A stretch of 64,000 bases of DNA, taken from NCBI GenBank assembly GCA_965213875.1, contig CBDCAN010000028.1, forward strand, positions 28,706 through 92,705, read 5' to 3'. The translations under genes and the position numbers were made by a program. Below the pieces are notes generated by a model. The model made no database searches, was not told the DNA's origin, and saw nothing but the letters and a program-made list of their open reading frames with translations. The stretch comes from Tunicatimonas sp. (GTDB lineage Bacteria; Bacteroidota; Bacteroidia; Cytophagales; Cyclobacteriaceae). Below, in pieces: positions 28,856 through 37,806 of this stretch (position 1 is its first letter; each line of letters opens with the position of its first letter).

Positions 28856-28897
28856 ACTCATTATTCATCAATCATTACTCATTAACCACTATCAACC

Positions 28898-31279
28898 ATG
28901 CTACGAAATTATCTTTCTGTTGCCTTGAGGCACTTACGCAAGCGCAAGTTCTATACTGCCGTCAATATTGTGGGTTTGGCGGTCGGAATGAGTTGCTGTC
29001 TACTGATCAGCGCGTACGTGTTAGATGAATTAAGCTACGATACGTTTCATGAGAAGGCGGAACGGATTTATCGCATTACTACCCAGCTAGACCTCAACGG
29101 CCAGCGTTATGATGTAGCCGCCAGCAACGAGGAGATGGCAGAAGTACTGTCTACCGCTTTGCCGGAAGCAGAAAAGGTCGTTCGCATTGATGCATGGCAG
29201 CCGGTATCCGTGAAGTACGAAGAGCAGCTTTTCTTAGAGAGACGTATTTTGGCAGTAGACAGCGCATTCTTTGAGGTTTTTAGCTTCCGCCTGCAAGAAG
29301 GAAACCCAGATGATGCGTTGCACCATCCACAGTCAGTTGTGCTGACGCAAACCACGGCTCACAAGTACTTTGGTAAGCAGTCAGATTTACTGGGAGAAAC
29401 ACTGTTAATAGATAAGCAGCCGTACACGGTGACGGGCATTGCGGAAGACCCGCCTGCCAATAGCCACTTCCACTTCGATTTTTTGATTCCTTTTCGTTAC
29501 CAGCCATCGCCATTTCCTAGCTGGGCGAATCTTGCCAATGTTAGAACTTACCTGCTACTGGCTGATCATATTGATCCGGCACCGCTTTCAGAAAAACTAC
29601 ATGCCTTGTACAAAAAGCACGATACGGCCCAGTACGAAGAACTTCAACGGATGGGCGGAAAGGTAGCGTTTCCCGTCCAACCTCTGCTGGACATTCATTT
29701 GCACTCGCAACGGATGAATGAGTTTGAACCCAATGGTAATATCACGTATGTGTACACTTTCGCGGCCATTGCGCTGCTCATTATCCTGTTAGCCTGTATT
29801 AATTTTATCAACCTATCCACCGCCCGTTCTGCCGAAAGAGCCAAGGAAGTAGGTATCCGAAAAACCGTAGGCTCCAGTCGGGCCGCACTGATTGGACACT
29901 TCCTGACAGAATCTATCGTCATAAGTATCACAGCCATGCTGCTAGCCCTAGGACTGGCCGAGCTGTTACGCTACCCTTTTAGCGAAGTGGCAGGCAAGAC
30001 ATTAGACTTGCACCTGCTGGATGACGCCCGGGTTTGGCTAATCATTACCGGTATCGTTTTGCTGACCGGGCTTGTCGCCGGATGGTACCCAGCCTGGTAC
30101 CTAACGAAGTTTGAGCCGGTTAGGGTATTAAAAGGTAGCTTTGTGTCAGGGGGGCAGCGTCCACGATTCAGGAATGTGCTGGTGATTTTTCAGTACAGCG
30201 TATCTATCTCCTTGGTTATTTGCACGCTACTGGTCTACCGGCAGTTGCAGTATATGCAAAATATCAACTTAGGGCTTCACAAAGAGAACGTACTGGTCCT
30301 GCCAAACAGCGTTGATTTAGGGACTAACTTTCAACCCTTTCTTAGTGCCCTGAAAGACCAGTCGTATGTTACCGCCGTCGCGGCCTCGCGGCAAAACCCG
30401 TTCGCCATAGACAACGCCAGCGATGCGCGGAAGAAAGGCGATGCTCCCGGACAAAGTATGATGCTCATTAGCCAAGTAGTGACGTACGATTATCTTAAGA
30501 CACTGGGTATTCAATTAAAAGCAGGGCGCAATTTTTCTCAGGATATTGCTTCTGACACCACTGCATTGATTCTCAACCAAGCGGCGGTAAGAGCATTAGG
30601 TTTAGAAAAGCCACTGGATGCCATTATTGATTGCGATGAGGAGTTCGACTACCACGTGATCGGTGTGGCGGAGAAATTTCACTTTGGCTCGCTGCACGAA
30701 GAGATAGCCCCTTTCGCGTTTATGCTACAGCGGGAACAACCTCTGAGTACCATAGAGGTACGCATATCGCCAGAGAACACCATAGCGAAAGTCGGTGCCA
30801 TTGAAAAGCTCTGGCAAACGTACGCCCCCGACCTACCCTTCACTTATTCCTTTCTGGATGAAGACTACGATGCCCTCTTCCGGGAAGAGCAGCGTTTGGG
30901 TAGGCTTTTTACGGGCTTTACCATTTTGGCCTTACTGGTAGCTAGCTTGGGCTTATTTGCCCTGGCTACTTTCATGGCAGAACGCAGGGCCAAAGAGATT
31001 GGCATTCGCAAAGTTTTAGGGGCTTCGGTTACTACAATTGTCACGATGCTCTCTCGAGACTTCATCAAGCTCATCATCATTGCGCTACTCATAGCAGTAC
31101 CCATCGGTTATTATGCGATGCAAATGTGGTTACAGGACTTTGCCTACCGTACGGATATTTCTTTTGGTGTGTTTGTGGTGGCGGGAGCCAGTACACTAAT
31201 TATTACGCTACTCACCGTCAGCTTTCAAGCGATCAAGGCGGCTATTGCTAACCCAGTGGACTCTCTGAGGAATGAATGA
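28898..31279 (+). CDS. MacB/FtsX-family ABC permease 4
   Basis: MLRNYLSVALR, ACINFINLSTARSAERAKEVGIRK, RAKEIGIRKVLG, NPVDSLRNE. Confidence 0.95.
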   Translation: MLRNYLSVALRHLRKRKFYTAVNIVGLAVGMSCCLLISAYVLDELSYDTFHEKAERIYRITTQLDLNGQRYDVAASNEEMAEVLSTALPEAEKVVRIDAWQPVSVKYEEQLFLERRILAVDSAFFEVFSFRLQEGNPDDALHHPQSVVLTQTTAHKYFGKQSDLLGETLLIDKQPYTVTGIAEDPPANSHFHFDFLIPFRYQPSPFPSWANLANVRTYLLLADHIDPAPLSEKLHALYKKHDTAQYEELQRMGGKVAFPVQPLLDIHLHSQRMNEFEPNGNITYVYTFAAIALLIILLACINFINLSTARSAERAKEVGIRKTVGSSRAALIGHFLTESIVISITAMLLALGLAELLRYPFSEVAGKTLDLHLLDDARVWLIITGIVLLTGLVAGWYPAWYLTKFEPVRVLKGSFVSGGQRPRFRNVLVIFQYSVSISLVICTLLVYRQLQYMQNINLGLHKENVLVLPNSVDLGTNFQPFLSALKDQSYVTAVAASRQNPFAIDNASDARKKGDAPGQSMMLISQVVTYDYLKTLGIQLKAGRNFSQDIASDTTALILNQAAVRALGLEKPLDAIIDCDEEFDYHVIGVAEKFHFGSLHEEIAPFAFMLQREQPLSTIEVRISPENTIAKVGAIEKLWQTYAPDLPFTYSFLDEDYDALFREEQRLGRLFTGFTILALLVASLGLFALATFMAERRAKEIGIRKVLGASVTTIVTMLSRDFIKLIIIALLIAVPIGYYAMQMWLQDFAYRTDISFGVFVVAGASTLIITLLTVSFQAIKAAIANPVDSLRNE
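30990..31279 (+). repeat. Direct repeat copy 1 (3' end of permease 4); copy 2 at 33415-33704
   Basis: 290 bp, about 13 mismatches counted by eye, nearly all synonymous. Confidence 0.92.
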
Positions 31280-31301
31280 TCTGTACTAAAAACTACTTGT
31301 T

Positions 31302-33704
31302 ATGCTGACTAACTATATTAAGGTGGCTCTGCGTACGATGTGGCGACAGAGGCAAGGAACCCTCATCAATATTCTGGGCCTATCGGTGGGAATGGCCGTC
31401 TGTATGCTCATCGTATTGTACGTGCAGGATGAGCTATCGTTTGATCGTTTCCATACGCATGCTGAACGAATCTACCGGGTAGCGGGTGAGTACGATCAGG
31501 GGGGAGAGGCGGTTAATCGAAGTGCACTCACTACATATTTACTGGCCCCCGACTTAGAAACGAGTTTTGCGACCGTTGAAAAAGTAACCCGTATTGACCG
31601 GAGTCCTGCGTTTGTTGAGTATAAAGACCAGCAGTACCACGAAGCAGCCGTTTATTGGGTAGACAGCACGTTCCTGGATATCTTCTCGTTTCCCTTAATT
31701 GACGGTGATGCTTCCACCGCTTTGGATGCCCCCAATGCGGTGGTGGTGAGCCAGACAATGGCCGAGAAATACTTTGGCTCTTCTACTCAGGCAGTGGGCG
31801 AGGTGCTCACCTTTTTTGATACTGTTTCGGTGATGGTTACCGGAGTGATGAAAGATATGCCCGGCAACTCTCATTTGCAGGCTGATTTTCTGGTATCACT
31901 ACGGACGATAGAGCCTTTATATCCGCCGTGGGTCCTTCAGAATTGGGGCGGCACTACTCTCCGTACCTACGTCTTGCTGGCAGAAGGAGCTTCCCCTCAC
32001 GTGCTGGAAGAGCAGATCAACCAACAAGTGTTGGAAAATGAAGGCGAACGGATCGCTCAACGACGTCATTACTTTTTACAGGCCTTAACGGATATTCACC
32101 TTCGGTCGCAGCTAACGGCTGAGATTAGTCCGAACGGAGATATTCGCTACGTGTACCTCTTTTCAGTGGTGGCTCTACTAATCGTTCTTATTGCTAGCAT
32201 CAACTATATCAATTTGGCTACCGCTTACGCTACTAAACGCGCGAAAGAAGTGGGCATTCGTAAGGTGATAGGCGCGCAAAAGAAGCAAATAGCGATTCAG
32301 TTCCTCAGTGAAGCGGTGCTGATTACAGGAGTGGCGTTTTTGATCGCCGGACTTCTGACCGAACTCAGCATGCCCTTGTTCAGAGAGATAACCGGAAAGA
32401 GTATTACCTTACACTTTCTGGGCAACTTCACGATGATGGGGCACCTATTCCTTATCGCTCTACTGATTGGCTTGCTGGCGGGGAGTTATCCGGCTTTCTT
32501 TGTCACTTCCTTTTCGTCTACCGATGTTCTGAAGGGAAATCATCCCAAGAGCAGTGCTTCTGTCCTGAGAAAAAGCCTGGTCGTGTTTCAGTTTCTGGCT
32601 TCTATCCTACTACTGATCGGCACACTGATTATATTCAAACAGCTGCATTTTCTGCGCCATCAGAAGCTGGGTATTACCACCGAACAGGTGCTGCTGGTTC
32701 CACTACCGACCATCGCTATGCAACAGCAGTACGAAACGATGAAGAACCGACTGCTGGAGAACAACCGTTTTATTGACGTCACGGCCACCAACAGTGCGCT
32801 CACCCAACGGGTAGGCGGCTGGCGGTCGTATTATCTGCGAGGGTCAGAAGAAGAGACGGTGATCCCCACTATGATCGTAGAACAGGACTTCTTTCGGACA
32901 CTGGAAGCCGACTTTGTGGCAGGTCGGGATTTTTCGCAAGATCGCCCTACCGATGTCTCCGAAGCCTACATCATCAACGAAACGGCTCAGCAGTTCTTAC
33001 AACTGGAATCTCCGGTAAACACCCCCATTATCGGTTCTGCTTTTACCGGGAGCACTTGGTCCAAGAAAAATGCCCGGATCATTGGGGTAGTCAAGAATTT
33101 TCACCTGGCTTCGCTACACACTGAAATTCAACCGTTGATCTTCTCACTACATTCCCCACAAACCATGTCGGTGAATTTGATGGTCATCCGAGTGACTGGC
33201 GACATTGTAGGGGCGGTAGAGTATCTTGAGACGCTGTGGCTCAACATGGACCTAGAACGCCCCCTCACCTACTCCTTTCTCGACGAAGATGTGTATACAC
33301 TGTACCAAGCCGAAGAGCGTTTCTCCCGAATCTTTACCATTTTTTCGGCATTAGCCTTGGTCATTGGGGGATTGGGGGTGTACGGACTGGCCTCCTTCGT
33401 AGCAGTGCAACGCACCAAAGAGATCGGCATTCGCAAAGTTTTAGGGGCTTCGGTTACTACAATTGTCACGATGCTTTCTCGAGACTTCATCAAGCTCATC
33501 ATCATTGCGCTGCTTATCGCAGTACCCATCGGCTACTACGCCATGCAAACGTGGTTGCAGGACTTTGCCTACCGTACGGATATTTCTTTTGGGGTGTTTG
33601 TGGTGGCGGGAGCCAGTACACTAATTATTACGCTACTCACCGTCAGCTTTCAAGCGATCAAGGCGGCTATCGCTAACCCAGTGGACTCTCTGAGGAATGA
33701 ATGA
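31302..33704 (+). CDS. MacB/FtsX-family ABC permease 5
   Basis: MLTNYIKVALR, SINYINLATA..RAKEVGIRK, RTKEIGIRKVLG, NPVDSLRNE. Confidence 0.95.
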   Translation: MLTNYIKVALRTMWRQRQGTLINILGLSVGMAVCMLIVLYVQDELSFDRFHTHAERIYRVAGEYDQGGEAVNRSALTTYLLAPDLETSFATVEKVTRIDRSPAFVEYKDQQYHEAAVYWVDSTFLDIFSFPLIDGDASTALDAPNAVVVSQTMAEKYFGSSTQAVGEVLTFFDTVSVMVTGVMKDMPGNSHLQADFLVSLRTIEPLYPPWVLQNWGGTTLRTYVLLAEGASPHVLEEQINQQVLENEGERIAQRRHYFLQALTDIHLRSQLTAEISPNGDIRYVYLFSVVALLIVLIASINYINLATAYATKRAKEVGIRKVIGAQKKQIAIQFLSEAVLITGVAFLIAGLLTELSMPLFREITGKSITLHFLGNFTMMGHLFLIALLIGLLAGSYPAFFVTSFSSTDVLKGNHPKSSASVLRKSLVVFQFLASILLLIGTLIIFKQLHFLRHQKLGITTEQVLLVPLPTIAMQQQYETMKNRLLENNRFIDVTATNSALTQRVGGWRSYYLRGSEEETVIPTMIVEQDFFRTLEADFVAGRDFSQDRPTDVSEAYIINETAQQFLQLESPVNTPIIGSAFTGSTWSKKNARIIGVVKNFHLASLHTEIQPLIFSLHSPQTMSVNLMVIRVTGDIVGAVEYLETLWLNMDLERPLTYSFLDEDVYTLYQAEERFSRIFTIFSALALVIGGLGVYGLASFVAVQRTKEIGIRKVLGASVTTIVTMLSRDFIKLIIIALLIAVPIGYYAMQTWLQDFAYRTDISFGVFVVAGASTLIITLLTVSFQAIKAAIANPVDSLRNE
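33415..33704 (+). repeat. Direct repeat copy 2 (3' end of permease 5)
   Basis: Near-identical to 30990-31279, offset 2425 bp. Confidence 0.92.
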
Positions 33705-33736
33705 CTGATGAGTAAGCAAATGTTTTAAATCTATTT

Positions 33737-33755
33737 TTTTATGTAAAACATAAAA
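33737..33755. promoter_or_regulatory. Palindrome, candidate operator of the DUF2975/Xre pair
   Basis: TTTTATGT-AAA-ACATAAAA perfect inverted repeat about 60 bp upstream of the DUF2975 gene. Confidence 0.45.
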
Positions 33756-33812
33756 TATATTTTGTTTTACGTGATTAATTCTACTTCTTGCTTTCATCAC
33801 AAATTTATTACG

Positions 33813-34484
33813 ATGAAAGAACCTAGGTCATTACCCGTTCGCATTCTTCGAGGATTACTTCAGTTAGCCCTTATCGTAGAGGTTATTGCTGCCGTAGTGG
33901 TGCTCGCCACCTTCACCCTAACCGTATTCAGCGAAGAGGATACGTTGTTGTCCGCCTGGCCCGTGACATTAAGTGAACAACCGGCTGACGTAGCCCTCAC
34001 GGCCGATGATCCTACGGTGTACGATTTGTCACTGACCGTCAGTCAGGGAGTGATTCGCTTTTCGGCAGACACCGCTGCTCACTACCTGCTTAAGCTTGTG
34101 GACGCGCTGCTGCTGTTTGGCGTGGCCATCACCATCACCGTGTTGCTTAAGCGTATTACCAACACCCTGCGCGCCAGCAGCCCGTTTGTCATAAGCAACG
34201 CGCGCCGGTTACGGATAATCGCGCTCCTACTGATCGGTCTGGTGCCGTACGACGTACTGAAAGGACTCGTGTACCGCAGCTTTTTGATGAGCCGTACGTC
34301 GGTAATTTCCGGAGAATACATCAGCTTCTTCAACGGGCCCTCTTCATCGACAGAGAACCAGCCGGTATGGATTGACTTGCCCGTAGACGTGCAACCGTTA
34401 CTTATCGGACTAGTATTACTGGTGATCGCTGAAGTGTTCCGGTCAGGAGTGCTGCTGCGCCTAGATAACGAATCCATCGTATAG
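33813..34484 (+). CDS. DUF2975 membrane protein
   Basis: PFVISNARRLRIIA and C-terminal IAEVFRSGVLLRLDNESIV; followed by an Xre HTH gene; likely ATG 33813. Confidence 0.88.
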   Translation: MKEPRSLPVRILRGLLQLALIVEVIAAVVVLATFTLTVFSEEDTLLSAWPVTLSEQPADVALTADDPTVYDLSLTVSQGVIRFSADTAAHYLLKLVDALLLFGVAITITVLLKRITNTLRASSPFVISNARRLRIIALLLIGLVPYDVLKGLVYRSFLMSRTSVISGEYISFFNGPSSSTENQPVWIDLPVDVQPLLIGLVLLVIAEVFRSGVLLRLDNESIV

Positions 34485-34486
34485 CC

Positions 34487-34690
34487 ATGCCCATCATCAT
34501 TAACCTGGACGTCGCCATGGCGAAGAAGAAGATGTCGCTAACCGAGCTATCCGAAAAGGTAGGCGTGTCGATGACCAACCTGTCGCTACTCAAAAAGGGC
34601 AAGGTGAAGGGTGTACGCTTCAATACCCTGGAAGCCATTTGTCGAGTGCTCGACTGCAAGCCGGGTGACATTCTGGACTACGAAGAATAG
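34487..34690 (+). CDS. Cro/C1 (Xre, YozG-like) transcriptional regulator
   Basis: MPIIINLDVAMAKKKMSLTELSEKVG...NLSLLKKGKVKGVRFNTLEAICRVLDCKPGDIL. Confidence 0.93.
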   Translation: MPIIINLDVAMAKKKMSLTELSEKVGVSMTNLSLLKKGKVKGVRFNTLEAICRVLDCKPGDILDYEE

Positions 34691-34794
34691 CACCAGCTCC
34701 AACGTAACCTCTCATTTCTACGCACGCCATTGTTCCGAAAATCGGTACGCGGCCCCGCTGTATCCTATACTGTCTTAACTCCAAACCTTGTATC

Positions 34795-35502
34795 ATGAAA
34801 CATTCAGAAACCAGTCGTCCGAAAGCCACCGCGATCTTCATCCTTACCATTCTGGTCGGCTACGGGCTATTTATTGCCCCGAACCTATTTTTTGGAATCA
34901 CGAAAGTAAACGGCGGTTACACGGGGACTAATCTCCTGCTGACGGCTATCTTTCAATGTGTTACCGTTATTCTGCTGTTATATTATTCGTTAAAAAAGCT
35001 AGGTAAGGACTTTCTTGATATAGGACTGGTTTTCGCCCATTGGAAGCGAGACGCGTTGCTCGGTTTACTGGCAGGCCTGACCTGGACTTTATTACAATTC
35101 ATCCTCGTTATCCCCGCTACCGGAGGGGCTAGTCGGCCGGACATGGTCGGCTTGCTATCGCTGTTCGACGGTTCGTTGTGGGGCACGCTCTGTTTCTTGG
35201 CGCTGGGAGTTATTGGGGGTGGCATCACCGAAGAAGTATTTAACAGAGGGTACTTTATTACGATACTCACCGATCTTTTCGACAACCGAAAGGTAGGGCT
35301 TGCTGTAGCAGTGGCGCTGTCTATGCTACTGTTTATCGTAGGGCATTTGCCTAGCGGCGCAGTAGCGTGGTTTGATCTGCTGATTCCTACCACCGCCTAC
35401 ACAGTGCTGTTCTTATACACTCGCCGACTCACTGCCTCGATGGTAGCGCACGGTGTTTACAACGCTACCGCTATTCTCGCCTCGTTTCACCTGTACTATT
35501 GA
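34795..35502 (+). CDS. CPBP family intramembrane protease (Abi/CAAX)
   Basis: Multi-TM; EEVFNRG, FIVGH, AHGVYN. Confidence 0.9.
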   Translation: MKHSETSRPKATAIFILTILVGYGLFIAPNLFFGITKVNGGYTGTNLLLTAIFQCVTVILLLYYSLKKLGKDFLDIGLVFAHWKRDALLGLLAGLTWTLLQFILVIPATGGASRPDMVGLLSLFDGSLWGTLCFLALGVIGGGITEEVFNRGYFITILTDLFDNRKVGLAVAVALSMLLFIVGHLPSGAVAWFDLLIPTTAYTVLFLYTRRLTASMVAHGVYNATAILASFHLYY

Positions 35503-35571
35503 TTAATAGGCTTATCATAGAATAAGTAGCTACGGCTGGCTTCTTGGCGGCTTATCTATTGTTATGCGACG

Positions 35572-36414
35572 ATGAACCCACCCAAACAAAACGCCCTGTC
35601 CCGGCAATACGACAAGCTGATCAAAGAATGTCTCACTGAGTCATTGGATGGTATCCTAACGCATGCGTTGCGGATTAATGCGCAATCCACCGTGTTGCTG
35701 GACAGCAAGCTCCAGGCAACCGAAGAGCGAGAGGCCGACTTTCTCATTGAAGTGACTGAAACTTCCGGTCGGCAGTTTTTGCTCCATCTAGAGTTTCAGT
35801 CTACCAATGATACGAGCATGTCGTTTCGGATGCTACGCTACTGGTTGTTTATGATGCAACAGTACCGAGAGCAGCCTCCAGATGTACGACAGTACGTAAT
35901 CTACGTCGGCAAAGCCCCGATGAATATGGCGAATACGCTGTCTTACGACCGCCTTCAGTACAACTACCCACTCATCGATATGCGCTCGGTATCGGCTACT
36001 CCGTTCCTAAACTCAGATAAACCAATAGAGATCATTCTGGCGGTTCTGTGTGATTACCAGAACCAAGACCTATTGGTAGAGAAGATTTTGCGACGCTTAA
36101 AAGAAACGGTCGTTGAAGAATTACGTTTGAGTAAGTATATTCGTCAGTTGGAGATATTCTCACAGCTGCGCAACCTTCAAGATACTGTTTACCAAAAGAA
36201 ATCAGCCATGGACTTTGTGTATAATATTGAAAAAGACCCGGTGTATAAGGAAGGAGAGAAACGTGGGGAAGAACGAGGAGAAAAGAGAGGCGAGATACAG
36301 GGCGAAAAACGAAAGGCACTAACGATGGCCCAGGCAATGAAACAAGCAGGCGAACCCCTGGAAAAAATCATTACCTACACGCAGTTAACCGCTGAAGAAA
36401 TAAAAACCCTTTAG
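35572..36414 (+). CDS. Rpn-like PD-(D/E)XK nuclease (recombination-promoting nuclease/putative transposase)
   Basis: YDKLIK, READFL, LHLEFQS, RMLRY, GE(K/E)RG repeats and C-terminal IITYTQLTAEEI. Confidence 0.85.
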   Translation: MNPPKQNALSRQYDKLIKECLTESLDGILTHALRINAQSTVLLDSKLQATEEREADFLIEVTETSGRQFLLHLEFQSTNDTSMSFRMLRYWLFMMQQYREQPPDVRQYVIYVGKAPMNMANTLSYDRLQYNYPLIDMRSVSATPFLNSDKPIEIILAVLCDYQNQDLLVEKILRRLKETVVEELRLSKYIRQLEIFSQLRNLQDTVYQKKSAMDFVYNIEKDPVYKEGEKRGEERGEKRGEIQGEKRKALTMAQAMKQAGEPLEKIITYTQLTAEEIKTL

Positions 36415-36427
36415 TATTTCGTTGCGC

Positions 36428-36682
36428 CTAACTGTCTTCCCAACTACCGTGCTTCAGCCAGCCGCTGAACTGCTTTTGCAGCCAGGGGATGGCAAAAAAG
36501 ACCGCGTAGGGAATCTCAATGAACGTGATTAACAGGGTTTTGAACGGTACGGGCCAGTCGCTGATGTATGGGCCTAGTAGCCATTGTGTGAGGGTGACGG
36601 CCGGATAAATAGCCAGCCATACGATGACAGCGAATCGGTAACGAGGAGCTTTATCTTCTTTAGGACTAGGGTCTACGGCCAT
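36428..36682 (-). CDS. Small two-TM membrane protein
   Basis: PRYRFAVIVWLAIYP...IPWLQKQFSGWL, resembling the membrane portion of ABM-fused membrane proteins. Confidence 0.7.
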   Translation of the reverse strand: MAVDPSPKEDKAPRYRFAVIVWLAIYPAVTLTQWLLGPYISDWPVPFKTLLITFIEIPYAVFFAIPWLQKQFSGWLKHGSWEDS

Positions 36683-36845
36683 AGTGATCGTTTAAAAAGT
36701 TTACTCTCTAAAGAGATAGCACCCCAAATGGTTTGCTGAATGTTGGTTAATGGATGATTTTCTGTGTGGTCAGATACTGGATATTGCATGATCGTATTGT
36801 GAATCACTTACTACCCATCACGACTCATTCACCATCATCCGTTTG

Positions 36846-37790
36846 CTACACTGCCTGGTTAATTACCATCACCATCTTAGAGTACACCGTCTCGCCCTCG
36901 TGGTCGGTACGCTTGAGGCGGTAGTAGGCAATTCCGTTGTTTACCTCTTTGTCCGTGAAGGCATATTGATGGGCGGTTGGCCCACCGTCTGCCCCGCCTA
37001 AAGTTGTCAAAGAATTGAAAATCATACCGTTGCTGCTACGCTCTACGGTGAATGCGTAGTGTGCGGTGACTCCTTCAGCCACCCATCGCATGGTAACATA
37101 ACCTTGCTGGGGTGTAGCGGTGAACAGAATGGGTTTGAGCGCATCGCTCTTCTGTTTTACTTCGGTGTATAAATCGGCGTAAGCCTTTTGTAGTGCCAGA
37201 CCGTCTTTTCCGAACGGCGCTCTACCTTCCGAGCGGACATCATTGCCGAGGTAAAAAAGCCGACTGCTATCGCCCAGGTAGGTAATTTTCTTAGGGGCAT
37301 AGGCCACCCACTGTCCGCCCACCGCGATGGTTCCATAGTTGGTCATTTCGCTCTTCTTGTCGACTACTAAGTCGCCCGCTACCATCAGCACTCCTCCTTG
37401 CTCTACCGATAGGTTAGCCTTGTGGCCAAGGGTAAAGTTGCCTTCCACCACAAGCGTATCTTTAATGATCAGGGTGCGCTTGGCCCCCTTTCGGTAGCTC
37501 AGATGACCGCGCTGCGTCACTTTAGCCAAAATTTCAATGTCGTGCTCAATGTTGCCGTCGGGCGGAATGGCTTCTCCTTCCCACACTTCTGACGACTGCC
37601 AGTTTCCGGCCTGCACGGCGTAGAAACGGGCATTGTCAGCCAGGCTGTCTTCACTGTTACCTAAATTGAGGTAGGTGAACACCGCTACTCCGGCCACAAC
37701 CGCCAGGGCGCAGCTCGCTGCTACGGCGTACTGAAGACTCATTTGCTGTTTGACGCTTACTTTTTGTCGGGTAGATCTTCTTGATCCCAT
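36846..37790 (-). CDS. Membrane-anchored beta-rich protein with C-terminal Ig-like domain
   Basis: Basic N-terminus plus TM; GNWQSSEVWEG; FTVERSSNG...YAFTD...YYRLKRTDHEGETVYS; likely ATG 37790. Confidence 0.75.
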   Translation of the reverse strand: MGSRRSTRQKVSVKQQMSLQYAVAASCALAVVAGVAVFTYLNLGNSEDSLADNARFYAVQAGNWQSSEVWEGEAIPPDGNIEHDIEILAKVTQRGHLSYRKGAKRTLIIKDTLVVEGNFTLGHKANLSVEQGGVLMVAGDLVVDKKSEMTNYGTIAVGGQWVAYAPKKITYLGDSSRLFYLGNDVRSEGRAPFGKDGLALQKAYADLYTEVKQKSDALKPILFTATPQQGYVTMRWVAEGVTAHYAFTVERSSNGMIFNSLTTLGGADGGPTAHQYAFTDKEVNNGIAYYRLKRTDHEGETVYSKMVMVINQAV

Positions 37791-37806
37791 AGCTAGTACT
37801 GTTTTA

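Noticed and set aside
30990-33704. Possible DGR template/variable repeat pair
   Set aside because: Mismatches are mostly synonymous third-position changes of mixed type, not adenine-specific; both copies are coding; no reverse transcriptase in the window.
36250-36312. Purine-rich tandem repeat
   Set aside because: It encodes the GE(K/E)RG coiled repeats normal for Rpn C-termini and is not an independent element.
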